From a virus: a stretch of DNA of 64,000 bases. The DNA is taken from IMG/VR virus record IMGVR_UViG_3300042446_001168; one strand, 5' to 3'. Shown piece after piece: positions 26,186 to 34,751 of this stretch (position 1 is the first letter of the stretch; each line of letters begins with the position of its first letter). The position numbers and the translations under genes are program-made. The notes beneath the pieces are model-generated. The model was not told where the DNA came from and made no database searches. It saw only the letters and a program-made list of their open reading frames with translations.

Positions 26186-27074
26186 CTACCTGGCATTGTT
26201 GGTTGCTATTGGATTGTCTGGAGTATCGGCCTACTTCTCAATCCTTGGACTGACAGCTATCTTTGCAGCATCATTCTGGCCTGTAGTTATTATGGGTTCA
26301 ATGCTTGAAGCAGCTAAGGTTGTTGCTGCGTCTTGGGCCTTTCGGAACTGGTCATATGCACCGGCCAGTATTCGCTACTACCTTGTTTCTGCCGTTATTA
26401 CTTTAATGTTTATAACATCAATGGGTACGTTTGGTTACCTGTCCAAAGCACATATTGAGCAGTCAGCATCGGTTGGTGATGCTGCCGCTCAGGTTGCTGT
26501 TTACGATGATAGAATCAAAGTTATAAACGACACCATCAATGCCAATCGTACACTCCTTAAACAGTTTGATGAAGCTGTTGACCAGGTGATGTCTCGTTCA
26601 ACAGACTCTAAGGGAGCTGAGCGAGCTCTTCAGATTAGAAAATCACAGCAGAAAGATCGTAGTCGGATCATGGAGGAAATATCAGCACTGCAGAAAGAAG
26701 TTAGCAAGCTCAATGTTGAGAAGTCTCCACTGGTATCGCAAGTTAGAAAAGTCGAGGCAGAAGTTGGTCCAATCAAATATATTGCCGAGCTTTTTGTTGA
26801 TAAGGCTGATGATTCGTTTCTGGAAAAGACTGTTCGTTGGGTTATTATTATGATTGTAACAGTATTTGATCCGTTAGCTATTCTTTTGCTGATAGCAGCT
26901 AATATGGGATTGATGCGGCAGAGTCAAGATCGTAAGACATCCTCCCTGGCACAGGATATTACTAACAGCGAAGAGGAGTCAGAAAAGAGATTCAAGAAGC
27001 TACAAGAGTTGACTGGAAAGGCGAACCGTAGTAAAGTGACTATTGATAAGAACAAAATAAGGAAGATGACATGA
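26178..27074 (+). CDS. Membrane coiled-coil protein
   Basis: N-terminal TM helices, ITSMG.FGYLSKAH, EVGPIKYIA, VFDPLA. Confidence 0.75.
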   Translation: MINYLALLVAIGLSGVSAYFSILGLTAIFAASFWPVVIMGSMLEAAKVVAASWAFRNWSYAPASIRYYLVSAVITLMFITSMGTFGYLSKAHIEQSASVGDAAAQVAVYDDRIKVINDTINANRTLLKQFDEAVDQVMSRSTDSKGAERALQIRKSQQKDRSRIMEEISALQKEVSKLNVEKSPLVSQVRKVEAEVGPIKYIAELFVDKADDSFLEKTVRWVIIMIVTVFDPLAILLLIAANMGLMRQSQDRKTSSLAQDITNSEEESEKRFKKLQELTGKANRSKVTIDKNKIRKMT

Positions 27075-27973
27075 GTTTTTTAAAGGGTTTATTAAAGGAG
27101 TTAAATGATGAAAACACTTATCTGGCCAGTGACGGCGGTGGTAGTGCTGAGTTTGGTGGGTTTATTGATACTGGCAGCTATATTCTCAACGCTCTTCTCT
27201 CTGGTAGCATCTTTGGTGGCGTATCTGATAACAAGATTACTGCTTTTGCAGGAGAGTCCGCTGTTGGAAAGAGTTTCTTCGTACTTGGTATCGTTAGAGC
27301 CTTCCTTGACAAGAACCCAACAGCAATCGTCGTCTACTACGACACCGAAGCAGCAGTAACTAAGAAGATGATGTCGGAACGTGGTATTGATGTTGAGCGA
27401 GTAATTATTGCTGAGCCAGATACCATTCAAAAGTTCAAGACTCATGCACTTAAACTGATAGAGGCGTATGAAAAGACTTCGGAGAGCGAACGTCCTAAGA
27501 TGATGTTTGTTCTTGACAGCCTTGGTATGTTGTCAACATCCAAAGAAATGGAAGATTCTCTGGATGGCAAAGATACAAGAGACATGACCAAGTCTCAAGT
27601 AATTAAAGCAGCGTTCAGAGTGTTGACTCTCAAGCTAGCAAAGGTTAAAGTACCTATGCTAGTCACCAATCACGTTTACGAGGTTGTTGGATGTCTTGAT
27701 GCTAGTCAATGGATCAGGCTAGAAGATGGTACTCATAAAAACATTGTAGATATTGACATTGGAGATGTGGTTACTACACTAGATGGCCCAAAGCCAGTTA
27801 CAGAGACTTTTGAGTATACAGTTGATGAATATGTTGAGCTAACTTTTGAGGATGGTAGTGTGATTAAAGCTACTCCTAATCACAAGTTCTTAATCGACGG
27901 GGTTTGGGTTGCAGCTGAGGATATCGTCCTCAATGATGAGGTCGTATCCATAGGCACGTGCGAACTCGTCTAG
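27071..27973 (+). CDS. uvsX: UvsX/RecA recombinase N-terminal half (207 aa) fused to split intein N-fragment (93 aa)
   Basis: GESAVGKS Walker A, YYDTE, LDSLG, NHVYEVVG, then intein CLDAS...TPNHKF, then stop. Confidence 0.93.
   Translation: MSFLKGLLKELNDENTYLASDGGGSAEFGGFIDTGSYILNALLSGSIFGGVSDNKITAFAGESAVGKSFFVLGIVRAFLDKNPTAIVVYYDTEAAVTKKMMSERGIDVERVIIAEPDTIQKFKTHALKLIEAYEKTSESERPKMMFVLDSLGMLSTSKEMEDSLDGKDTRDMTKSQVIKAAFRVLTLKLAKVKVPMLVTNHVYEVVGCLDASQWIRLEDGTHKNIVDIDIGDVVTTLDGPKPVTETFEYTVDEYVELTFEDGSVIKATPNHKFLIDGVWVAAEDIVLNDEVVSIGTCELV
27692..27973 (+). mobile_element. Split intein N-fragment
   Basis: Cys1 block A (CLDASQWI), block B TxxH (ATPNHKF), acidic composition. Confidence 0.9.
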
Positions 27974-28123
27974 TACTCGCGCATCAACTTGGAGATGTCT
28001 TGCAGCCTCGGCAATTGAGAAGTAGTGTCTATTATTAATAATCACAATATTTTTCATGGTTATAGTATTGGCGTTCTCAGAGGATTTGATCTTCTTGAGC
28101 TTAGTAGTTTTTGACGTATCCAC
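27890..28123 (-). CDS. Small antisense NUMOD1-like DNA-binding protein (homing-endonuclease remnant)
   Basis: IINNRHYFSIAEAARHL NUMOD1-type motif; late promoter upstream on - strand. Confidence 0.55.
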   Translation of the reverse strand: MDTSKTTKLKKIKSSENANTITMKNIVIINNRHYFSIAEAARHLQVDARVLDEFARAYGYDLIIEDDILSCNPNPVD

Positions 28124-28152
28124 AATGATTCCGTTTTAATTTACACACGCAT

Positions 28153-28160
28153 TATTTATA
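28153..28160 (-). promoter_or_regulatory. T4-type late promoter on the minus strand
   Basis: + strand TATTTATA = TATAAATA on - strand, 30 nt upstream of the antisense ORF. Confidence 0.6.
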
Positions 28161-28175
28161 AGAGCAGGAGTTACA

Positions 28176-28283
28176 ATGAAGGTAATATCGAAGAGGGTGG
28201 TCTCTGACCAACTAAAGGTATATGATTTTACGGTAGAGGATTCACATCACTACGTATTAGAAAATGGAGTTGTTTCGCATAAT
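28176..28283 (+). mobile_element. Split intein C-fragment
   Basis: Block F VYDFTV, block G SHN followed by Ser+1. Confidence 0.9.
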
Positions 28284-28712
28284 TCATATGTACCTACTAA
28301 GGAGATATCAGGTGGTTCGGGACTTAAATTTGCTGCCAGTACTATTGCAATGCTCTCAAAGAAGAAAGAAAAGGATGGCGATGGAGATGTTATCGGCAAC
28401 CAAATTAAAATCAAGATGTACAAGTCACGACTCTCAAAAGAGAACCAAGATGCAACAGTGCTACTTACTTATAGCAAAGGTCTAGATCGATACTTTGGAT
28501 TGTTGGATCTAGCAGAGAAGTACGAAATTATTAAGAAAGTATCTACGCGGTATGAATTACCAAACGGTAAGAAGGTATTTGGTAAGGAGATAAACACCAA
28601 CCCTGAATTATACTTTACAGAAGATATTCTCCAACAGTTAGAGATATGTGCAAAGAAGGAGTTCAGTTATGGAGTTAGTGAAGAAGTATCGAGTGATATT
28701 CCAGAGGAATAA
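28176..28712 (+). CDS. uvsX: Split intein C-fragment (36 aa) fused to UvsX C-terminal half (142 aa)
   Basis: AGGAG RBS; KVYDFTV..SHHY..NGVVSHN then [19 protein letters not shown]...KSRLSKE. Confidence 0.93.
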   Translation: MKVISKRVVSDQLKVYDFTVEDSHHYVLENGVVSHNSYVPTKEISGGSGLKFAASTIAMLSKKKEKDGDGDVIGNQIKIKMYKSRLSKENQDATVLLTYSKGLDRYFGLLDLAEKYEIIKKVSTRYELPNGKKVFGKEINTNPELYFTEDILQQLEICAKKEFSYGVSEEVSSDIPEE

Positions 28713-28806
28713 TTCTATTGGATTCAAGTATATGTTCAATGACACTGAGCTAGCACAGTTTGTAGAGAAGTATAAAGATTGTATTGTTGAGGTAATTGAA
28801 TTATGA
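28669..28806 (+). CDS. Possible small protein (45 aa)
   Basis: AAGGAG RBS; ends with ATGA overlap into gp41. Confidence 0.35.
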   Translation: MELVKKYRVIFQRNNSIGFKYMFNDTELAQFVEKYKDCIVEVIEL

Positions 28807-30191
28807 TAGAAAAATTAATACTCTCAAATCTGATTACTAATGAAGAGTTTGGCCGAAAGGCCATTCCTTTTCTGAAGACTGAGTACTTCCAAGAGAGATC
28901 AATGAAGGCACTGTTTGATGGAATTGATACCTTCGTCAAGCAGTACAACAAATTTCCTTCTGTGGAAGCTCTGTGTATTGATCTTGATAACAACAAAGAT
29001 ATTGCTAGTATATATAATGATGTTGTTAGTCTAGTTGGTAGTCTTGATACAGAGCCAAGTACTAACCTTGACTGGCTTGTCAATCAGGCTGAGAAGTTCT
29101 GTCAGGATAAGGCTATCTACAACGCCATCATGAAGTCTATTGAGATTTTAGATGGTGATAAGGATGCACATAGCAAAGGAGCTATTCCTCAGATACTATC
29201 CGATGCTCTTGGAGTGTCGTTTGATTCTCATATCGGACATGACTTTCTTGAAGATTATGATTCTCGATATGAATTTTACCATAAGAAAGAAAAGCGTGTA
29301 CCATTTGATCTTGAGTATCTTAACAAAATTACCAAGGGTGGATTACCAAATAAAACTCTTAATGTGGTTCTTGCTGGCACTGGTGTCGGTAAGTCTCTCT
29401 TTATGTGTCATTGTGCTGCAGCTAACCTTTCCAAGGGCGCTAATGTCCTTTACATAACAATGGAGATGGCTGAAGAACGTATTGCAGAGCGTATTGACGC
29501 AAACATGCTCAATGTTACTATTGATGAGCTCTCAATCCTTCCACGAGATTCGTATGATAAGAAGATCAACCGTGTACGGGAAAAGACTAGTGGTAAGTTA
29601 ATCATTAAAGAATATCCTACTGCATCAGCAGGCGCTGGTCACATGCGTCACCTATTGAATGAGTTAAAGTTAAAACGAAACTTCAAACCAGACATCATCT
29701 ATATTGACTACCTAAATATTTGTACATCCTCAAGATTAAAGTATGGGGCGAATGTTAATTCGTATACGTATATCAAGGCCATTGCAGAAGAACTTCGTGG
29801 GCTGGCAGTTGAGTTTGATGTGCCTATTGTTACCGCCACTCAGACTACTAGAAGCGGGTTTACAAGTAGTGATCTTGGATTAGAAGATACTAGCGAGTCG
29901 TTTGGATTACCAGCTACGGCAGACTTCATGATTGCACTAATAAGTTCTGAGGAGCTTCAGGACTTGAATCAGTTGATGGTCAAGCAACTCAAGAACCGTT
30001 TTGGTGATCCAGGAATGCATCGAAGATTTGTTATTGGAGTTGACAAGACTAAGATGAAGCTGTACGATGTAGAGCAAGCCGCACAGGATGATGTTGTAGA
30101 TGATGGTCCTGTTTTTGATAAGTCTAGTACAGGTGCAAGAATAAACTCGGAGAAGGATAAATTCAAAAATGCTTTTAGTTCGTTTGTATAA
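28803..30191 (+). CDS. gp41: Replicative DNA helicase
   Basis: AGTGVGKS, EMAEE, IDYLN, ELRGLA, SESFG, KNR; no intein. Confidence 0.97.
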   Translation: MIEKLILSNLITNEEFGRKAIPFLKTEYFQERSMKALFDGIDTFVKQYNKFPSVEALCIDLDNNKDIASIYNDVVSLVGSLDTEPSTNLDWLVNQAEKFCQDKAIYNAIMKSIEILDGDKDAHSKGAIPQILSDALGVSFDSHIGHDFLEDYDSRYEFYHKKEKRVPFDLEYLNKITKGGLPNKTLNVVLAGTGVGKSLFMCHCAAANLSKGANVLYITMEMAEERIAERIDANMLNVTIDELSILPRDSYDKKINRVREKTSGKLIIKEYPTASAGAGHMRHLLNELKLKRNFKPDIIYIDYLNICTSSRLKYGANVNSYTYIKAIAEELRGLAVEFDVPIVTATQTTRSGFTSSDLGLEDTSESFGLPATADFMIALISSEELQDLNQLMVKQLKNRFGDPGMHRRFVIGVDKTKMKLYDVEQAAQDDVVDDGPVFDKSSTGARINSEKDKFKNAFSSFV

Positions 30192-30369
30192 CGCTGGCAA
30201 GTATATTGTATACTTTTCGTGGGTGCTATTACTCTCAGCATCTATCATTACTATACAGACTGTTCTCCATTACGTTAAAAGAATATTTGATCTACCTATG
30301 GAAGTGATCCTAGCAATCAACACACTAGAAGAGTCACATGAAGATAAAGACGAGACGGTTCAGAAATAA
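30169..30369 (+). CDS. Hypothetical membrane protein
   Basis: ORF filling the gap, one TM segment. Confidence 0.4.
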   Translation: MLLVRLYNAGKYIVYFSWVLLLSASIITIQTVLHYVKRIFDLPMEVILAINTLEESHEDKDETVQK

Positions 30370-30823
30370 GGGACTAATGTCTTTCATTAAGAAGGCTACC
30401 CAGTTTTATATTCAGCAGATTATACCTAACAATGTTTCAGATGAGATTTCTATTAGTGTTAGAGCTGTAGACAATTGCGGAGCTAACGGATACTGCACCA
30501 AGATGTCAAAGAAGCACTATGAAATTGAGATTGATAGTTCGCTTGAGTTTGAGCACATGATGATTACCTTGGCCCATGAAGTTGTTCATGTTAAACAATA
30601 TGCCACTAAAGAGTTGAACACTATGTTTGTTGGAAAGAACATAGTCGATGTGTGGAAGGGCAAGAGATATAAGAACACTGATTATGAAGACCAGCCGTGG
30701 GAATGGGAAGCTCTTTTGATGGAGGAGAATATGTACATTGATTTCCTCTCTGAATGCTATGCTACGGGACTGGTGGATTTGAAGTCTATAAATACCACGA
30801 AAACTGCGCTGTTTGTCTGTTGA
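30338..30823 (+). CDS. HExxH metallopeptidase-like protein
   Basis: LAHEVVHVKQY...PWEWEA. Confidence 0.75.
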   Translation: MKIKTRRFRNKGLMSFIKKATQFYIQQIIPNNVSDEISISVRAVDNCGANGYCTKMSKKHYEIEIDSSLEFEHMMITLAHEVVHVKQYATKELNTMFVGKNIVDVWKGKRYKNTDYEDQPWEWEALLMEENMYIDFLSECYATGLVDLKSINTTKTALFVC

Positions 30824-30848
30824 CTTATTTGTTATGTTGCTGTATAAT
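30820..30848 (+). promoter_or_regulatory. Sigma70-type promoter
   Basis: TTGACT-N17-TATAAT. Confidence 0.8.
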
Positions 30849-30879
30849 TAACTTTAAATCATAACTTTATGGAGTTTTT

Positions 30880-31362
30880 GTGCTCAGATTTTTTCTGGTG
30901 GGTGTCGCACTTGTTCTAGCAGCAACAGCATTTAGTCAGAGTGCCAAGCAACAATCAACAGCTCGTATTAATCCAACTACTGTGTCTTTACTTGAGCAGG
31001 CAAAGAAGTTTATGAAGTTTACTGGTGAAGTTGAAATGCCGACTATTATATCGTCAAGCCAGGACGACCTCAAGCAAATGTACTGTCCGGGTAGGAATTG
31101 TTCGGTATCTGCTATATACGAAAGTGGTACCATCTACCTCGATAATGATATTGATTTTAATAACTCACTAGATAAATCAATTATACTACACGAGCTAGTA
31201 CATCATGTGCAGTGGATAAAATACGGAAGCACTTTAGACTGTCAGCGGTGGTTTGCTAATGAGCGGGAAGCCTATAAGATTCAAGCTAAATATTTGAAGA
31301 GCAAGAAGATAGATCCCTTTTTTATAACTGATACAGTGACCAATTTGAAATGTCCAGAATGA
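30880..31362 (+). CDS. Secreted HExxH metallopeptidase-like protein
   Basis: Signal peptide; LHELVHHVQ...EREAY..Q. Confidence 0.7.
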   Translation: MLRFFLVGVALVLAATAFSQSAKQQSTARINPTTVSLLEQAKKFMKFTGEVEMPTIISSSQDDLKQMYCPGRNCSVSAIYESGTIYLDNDIDFNNSLDKSIILHELVHHVQWIKYGSTLDCQRWFANEREAYKIQAKYLKSKKIDPFFITDTVTNLKCPE

Positions 31363-31931
31363 TTAAAAATAATACTGAAAATGATAACTACGCTACAGTT
31401 CAAGATGAAATTGACTGGAATCTACACAATAGTGGGTCCTTCTTTCTAACTGGAGAGATTGATGAAATAAGTACTGGTGAGGTTGTTAAATGGATAATAA
31501 GTGAGAACATCTCAAAAAAGCATACTGAGCTTCGGTTGTTTATTAATAGTTGTGGTGGAGATCTGTATAGTGCTTTTGGGTTGATTGACATTATGAAGAC
31601 CAGTAAGATTCCTATTCACACTATTGGAGTTGGTAGCTTGATGAGTGCAGCGTTCCTCATCTTCATGACTGGTTTCAAGGGTGGTAGATTACTTACTAGA
31701 AATACAACGGTAATGTCCCATCAATTCTCTACCTATTATGAAGGTAAGGAGCATGATGTCAAGGCCTCGGAAAAAGAAACGAGGACAGTCAAGCAGAGAA
31801 TGTTGGATATAATTAAAGAGAGCTGTAACATGGATGAGCGAGCGGTGAAGCGAAAGCTCCTTCCTCCGTCAGATGTTTGGCTATCTGCGCAGGAATGTAT
31901 AGACCTTGGAGTTGCAGACGCAATCTTCTAG
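31350..31931 (+). CDS. ClpP-like protease
   Basis: INS.GG, MSAA (Ser), MSHQ (His), D.WLSA.E....G.AD. Confidence 0.85.
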   Translation: MSRMIKNNTENDNYATVQDEIDWNLHNSGSFFLTGEIDEISTGEVVKWIISENISKKHTELRLFINSCGGDLYSAFGLIDIMKTSKIPIHTIGVGSLMSAAFLIFMTGFKGGRLLTRNTTVMSHQFSTYYEGKEHDVKASEKETRTVKQRMLDIIKESCNMDERAVKRKLLPPSDVWLSAQECIDLGVADAIF

Positions 31932-31933
31932 AA

Positions 31934-31941
31934 TATAAATA
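31934..31941 (+). promoter_or_regulatory. T4-type late promoter
   Basis: TATAAATA. Confidence 0.55.
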
Positions 31942-31948
31942 ATGTTAC

Positions 31949-31973
31949 AAAACCCACTTCGGTGGGTTTTTTT
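31949..31973 (+). terminator. Rho-independent terminator
   Basis: AAAACCCAC-TTCG-GTGGGTTTT-TTT. Confidence 0.85.
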
Positions 31974-31977
31974 GTGA

Positions 31978-31985
31978 TATAAATA
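31978..31985 (+). promoter_or_regulatory. T4-type late promoter for the internal-protein operon
   Basis: TATAAATA ending 23 nt before ATG32009; GGAG RBS. Confidence 0.8.
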
Positions 31986-32008
31986 CCTGATAATATCACG
32001 GAGTCAAA

Positions 32009-32980
32009 ATGAAAACATTTACCCAATTTATAACTGAGGCTGTTATCTCTGCATCTGGTATGGATGCAGATAGGCATGTCAAAAAATATGTAACTCCTTT
32101 CTTACCTGGTGGTGAAAAGTATTCCAAACAAGGAACTCATACACTAGTGGGTTCTGGTGAATCCGTTGTTCTCCACTCTCACCACGTAGAAAATGGAAAA
32201 CACTCAGTAGTTATCTCAAAGGTTGGATCTAAACAAAAAACAACAATTCCTGTTAATAAGCTGACTAAACCAGGTACCTCTTCTGAGAATAAGGGTCACA
32301 AATACGAGACTCAAACATTTGAACGATTTAAGCAACATGGATTAGTTCCAGCAGGTCACAGGCCAGCAGGATCTACAGCTGGCACTGACGTTCCAATACT
32401 CAATAAAAAGAAAAAGGAAGTTCACCAAGGGTCTATTGTTGGTACGGTTCACTCTGGTGAGGTAAAACTTGGAACATCAGCAGCTTTTGGTCAGCTAACT
32501 ATCCACCACGACCCAGAAAAGGGTGGATGGCATATCCCAGAAAAATCAAGACAGAACAGACCTCAGTATGCAAGCGAAATTGAGAAGGCTGGTATAATTG
32601 ATCACCTCAATAGATCCCACGATCCAAGTAAACCAGGTCAGGTTAAAAGTACCCAGAGTGGTAAAGCTCAGAATGTTGTGATGGGTCATCCTAATCTTCA
32701 TCCTGCTGAGGCCTACTTGAAAGATCATGGAGTGCATGTGTTGCAAGTTGGTGAGGGTCACGGAACATACCGTGTTGGACATAAGGACGTTACCGGTCAT
32801 GGCTTACCAAGAATGTCTGGTTCTGGTAAATGGACTGTGAGACAGAAAACTTCTAACCCTTCACATAGAACAATCATGTTCCAACCAGAAGGTAAAAAAG
32901 GTCTCACACCAAGTCATGTTAATTTAGATAGTGATGATCATATGCATCAGTTCAAGAAAACATTGGGACATGACAAGTAA
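32009..32980 (+). CDS. Putative internal head protein with PD-(D/E)XK nuclease-like core
   Basis: N-terminus MKTFTQFITE (capsid-targeting-like); E...TD...GEVK...FGQ. Confidence 0.55.
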   Translation: MKTFTQFITEAVISASGMDADRHVKKYVTPFLPGGEKYSKQGTHTLVGSGESVVLHSHHVENGKHSVVISKVGSKQKTTIPVNKLTKPGTSSENKGHKYETQTFERFKQHGLVPAGHRPAGSTAGTDVPILNKKKKEVHQGSIVGTVHSGEVKLGTSAAFGQLTIHHDPEKGGWHIPEKSRQNRPQYASEIEKAGIIDHLNRSHDPSKPGQVKSTQSGKAQNVVMGHPNLHPAEAYLKDHGVHVLQVGEGHGTYRVGHKDVTGHGLPRMSGSGKWTVRQKTSNPSHRTIMFQPEGKKGLTPSHVNLDSDDHMHQFKKTLGHDK

Positions 32981-34146
32981 TGCGTCACATATTCTTCCTA
33001 CTAAAAGAATCAGCAGCTAACGAAGAGAAACTAACTCACCTTGAGCATGCTGAAGACCATCCCATCAATGCCGGTGCTGATGGGTTGAAGCATGCAACGA
33101 ATACTTTGAACGCTGTGCATAAAACACTTACTGGCCAAAAAGGTGGAGCTGCTTTAATGACCAAGTATGATGGAAGTCCCAGTATCGTATTTGGCCATCA
33201 TCCAAAGACTGGTAAGTTCTTTGTTGCCTCAAAGTCTGCATTCAACAAAGAGCCAAAAATCAATTACACTGACGAAGACATTGAAACTCATCATGGTCAT
33301 GCTCCAGGCCTCGTATCAAAGCTGAAGACTGCTCTACTCCATCTTCCCAAGGTTGCTCCTAAAGAAGGAGTATTTCAAGGGGACGTCATGCACACTCCAG
33401 ATGATGTTGAGGAGAAAGGTGGCAGCGTCCACTTCAAGCCAAACCTGATCAAATACTCTACTCCTGCAGACTCTGCTGAAGGTAAGAAGATTGCCAATTC
33501 AAAAATTGGAGTGTATGTTCATACCGGATATAAAGGCAATGACATAGGTTCAATGAAAGCAGACTACACTCCTGATCTATCAGGATTCAGTGAGCATACG
33601 GCTGTGCATACAATGAAGTATGGATACGATACCAAGAACTCTCAATACGATGCTGATGCACAGAAACAGTTTACTAGGCATATGGAAGATGCGGCCGATG
33701 TAGGGAAGAAGTTGAAGCCCAAAGACTACAGCGCAATTGAACCTCATGTAGAGCATGTTAAGACTTATATTAACAAGACAGTGCGTGAAGGCACTGCCCC
33801 TTCTGCGGAAGGATTGTATCAGCATATACAGAATACTCATGAAAAGGGTATTGATAAGGTCAAGACAGAAAAAGCAAAGAACCAAAAGACTGCAGAAATG
33901 AACTCCGTGTTGGGTCAGGTGAGATCAAGTGGTGAGTCAATTAGTAACGTCCTTGCTCTTCACCACCATCTGCAGAAAGCCATGGATGTATTAGTTAATG
34001 CAATGTCCCATAAGCAGGATTTTGAGCATCACATTGGAGACACTAAAACAAAGCCAGAAGGGTTTGTTGCTGTGGTAAACAACAGACCAACAAAATTGGT
34101 TGACCGTGCAGAGTTTAGTAGACAGAACTTTTTAGCGAGACAATAA
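32980..34146 (+). CDS. DUF6267-like protein with ligase-type nucleotidyltransferase motifs
   Basis: HLEHAED; TKYDGSP (KxDG), QGD, PEGFV, KLVDR.EFS. Confidence 0.65.
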   Translation: MRHIFFLLKESAANEEKLTHLEHAEDHPINAGADGLKHATNTLNAVHKTLTGQKGGAALMTKYDGSPSIVFGHHPKTGKFFVASKSAFNKEPKINYTDEDIETHHGHAPGLVSKLKTALLHLPKVAPKEGVFQGDVMHTPDDVEEKGGSVHFKPNLIKYSTPADSAEGKKIANSKIGVYVHTGYKGNDIGSMKADYTPDLSGFSEHTAVHTMKYGYDTKNSQYDADAQKQFTRHMEDAADVGKKLKPKDYSAIEPHVEHVKTYINKTVREGTAPSAEGLYQHIQNTHEKGIDKVKTEKAKNQKTAEMNSVLGQVRSSGESISNVLALHHHLQKAMDVLVNAMSHKQDFEHHIGDTKTKPEGFVAVVNNRPTKLVDRAEFSRQNFLARQ

Positions 34147-34751
34147 TGAAAAGATTTTCTCAGTTTATTGTTGAGTCAGACGCCAAGAGAACATTGCATG
34201 TTTTTGATATTGACGATACGTTATTACACACCACTGCAAAGATTCATGTAAAGGATCCACAAGGTAAGGTAACACGTACCTTGAGTAACCAAGAGTTCAA
34301 TGACCACAAGCTCCCTAAGGGTCATAGCTATGACTTTGGAGAGTTTAGGAATGCAGAGAAGTTCAACAAAGAATCAAAGCCAATGCCCCACATGATTAGT
34401 CATGTTAAAAAGCTATCGTCTCAGCCAGGCAATCATATTATCTTTAACACTGCTCGAGCCAACTTCGACGATAAGAATAAGTTTTTGCAGACGTTCAAGA
34501 AGCATGGAATCAATATGAACAAGATCCATGTGATTAGAGCTGGCAACATTAACAAAGAAGGTCCTCCAGCAGAGAAAAAGACAACAGTTATTCATGGATA
34601 CATTAGTAAGCATAAATATAACAACGTCCATATGTACGATGACAGTGCCACTAATTTAAAATCGTTTGTGGGACTCAAGGATGCACATCCCAATACAACA
34701 TTCCACGCTCACCACGTTGAAGGCGAGAATGTGACAACAAAGGTAGTATAA
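34146..34751 (+). CDS. HAD-family phosphatase
   Basis: FDIDDTL, TAR, K, YDDS..N; N-terminus MKRFSQFIVE. Confidence 0.8.
   Translation: MKRFSQFIVESDAKRTLHVFDIDDTLLHTTAKIHVKDPQGKVTRTLSNQEFNDHKLPKGHSYDFGEFRNAEKFNKESKPMPHMISHVKKLSSQPGNHIIFNTARANFDDKNKFLQTFKKHGINMNKIHVIRAGNINKEGPPAEKKTTVIHGYISKHKYNNVHMYDDSATNLKSFVGLKDAHPNTTFHAHHVEGENVTTKVV

Noticed and set aside
23340-30191. Inteins or introns in gp43 and gp41 (nrdA, nrdB and thyX also checked)
   Set aside because: All are normal length with no intein motifs or interruptions; only uvsX is affected
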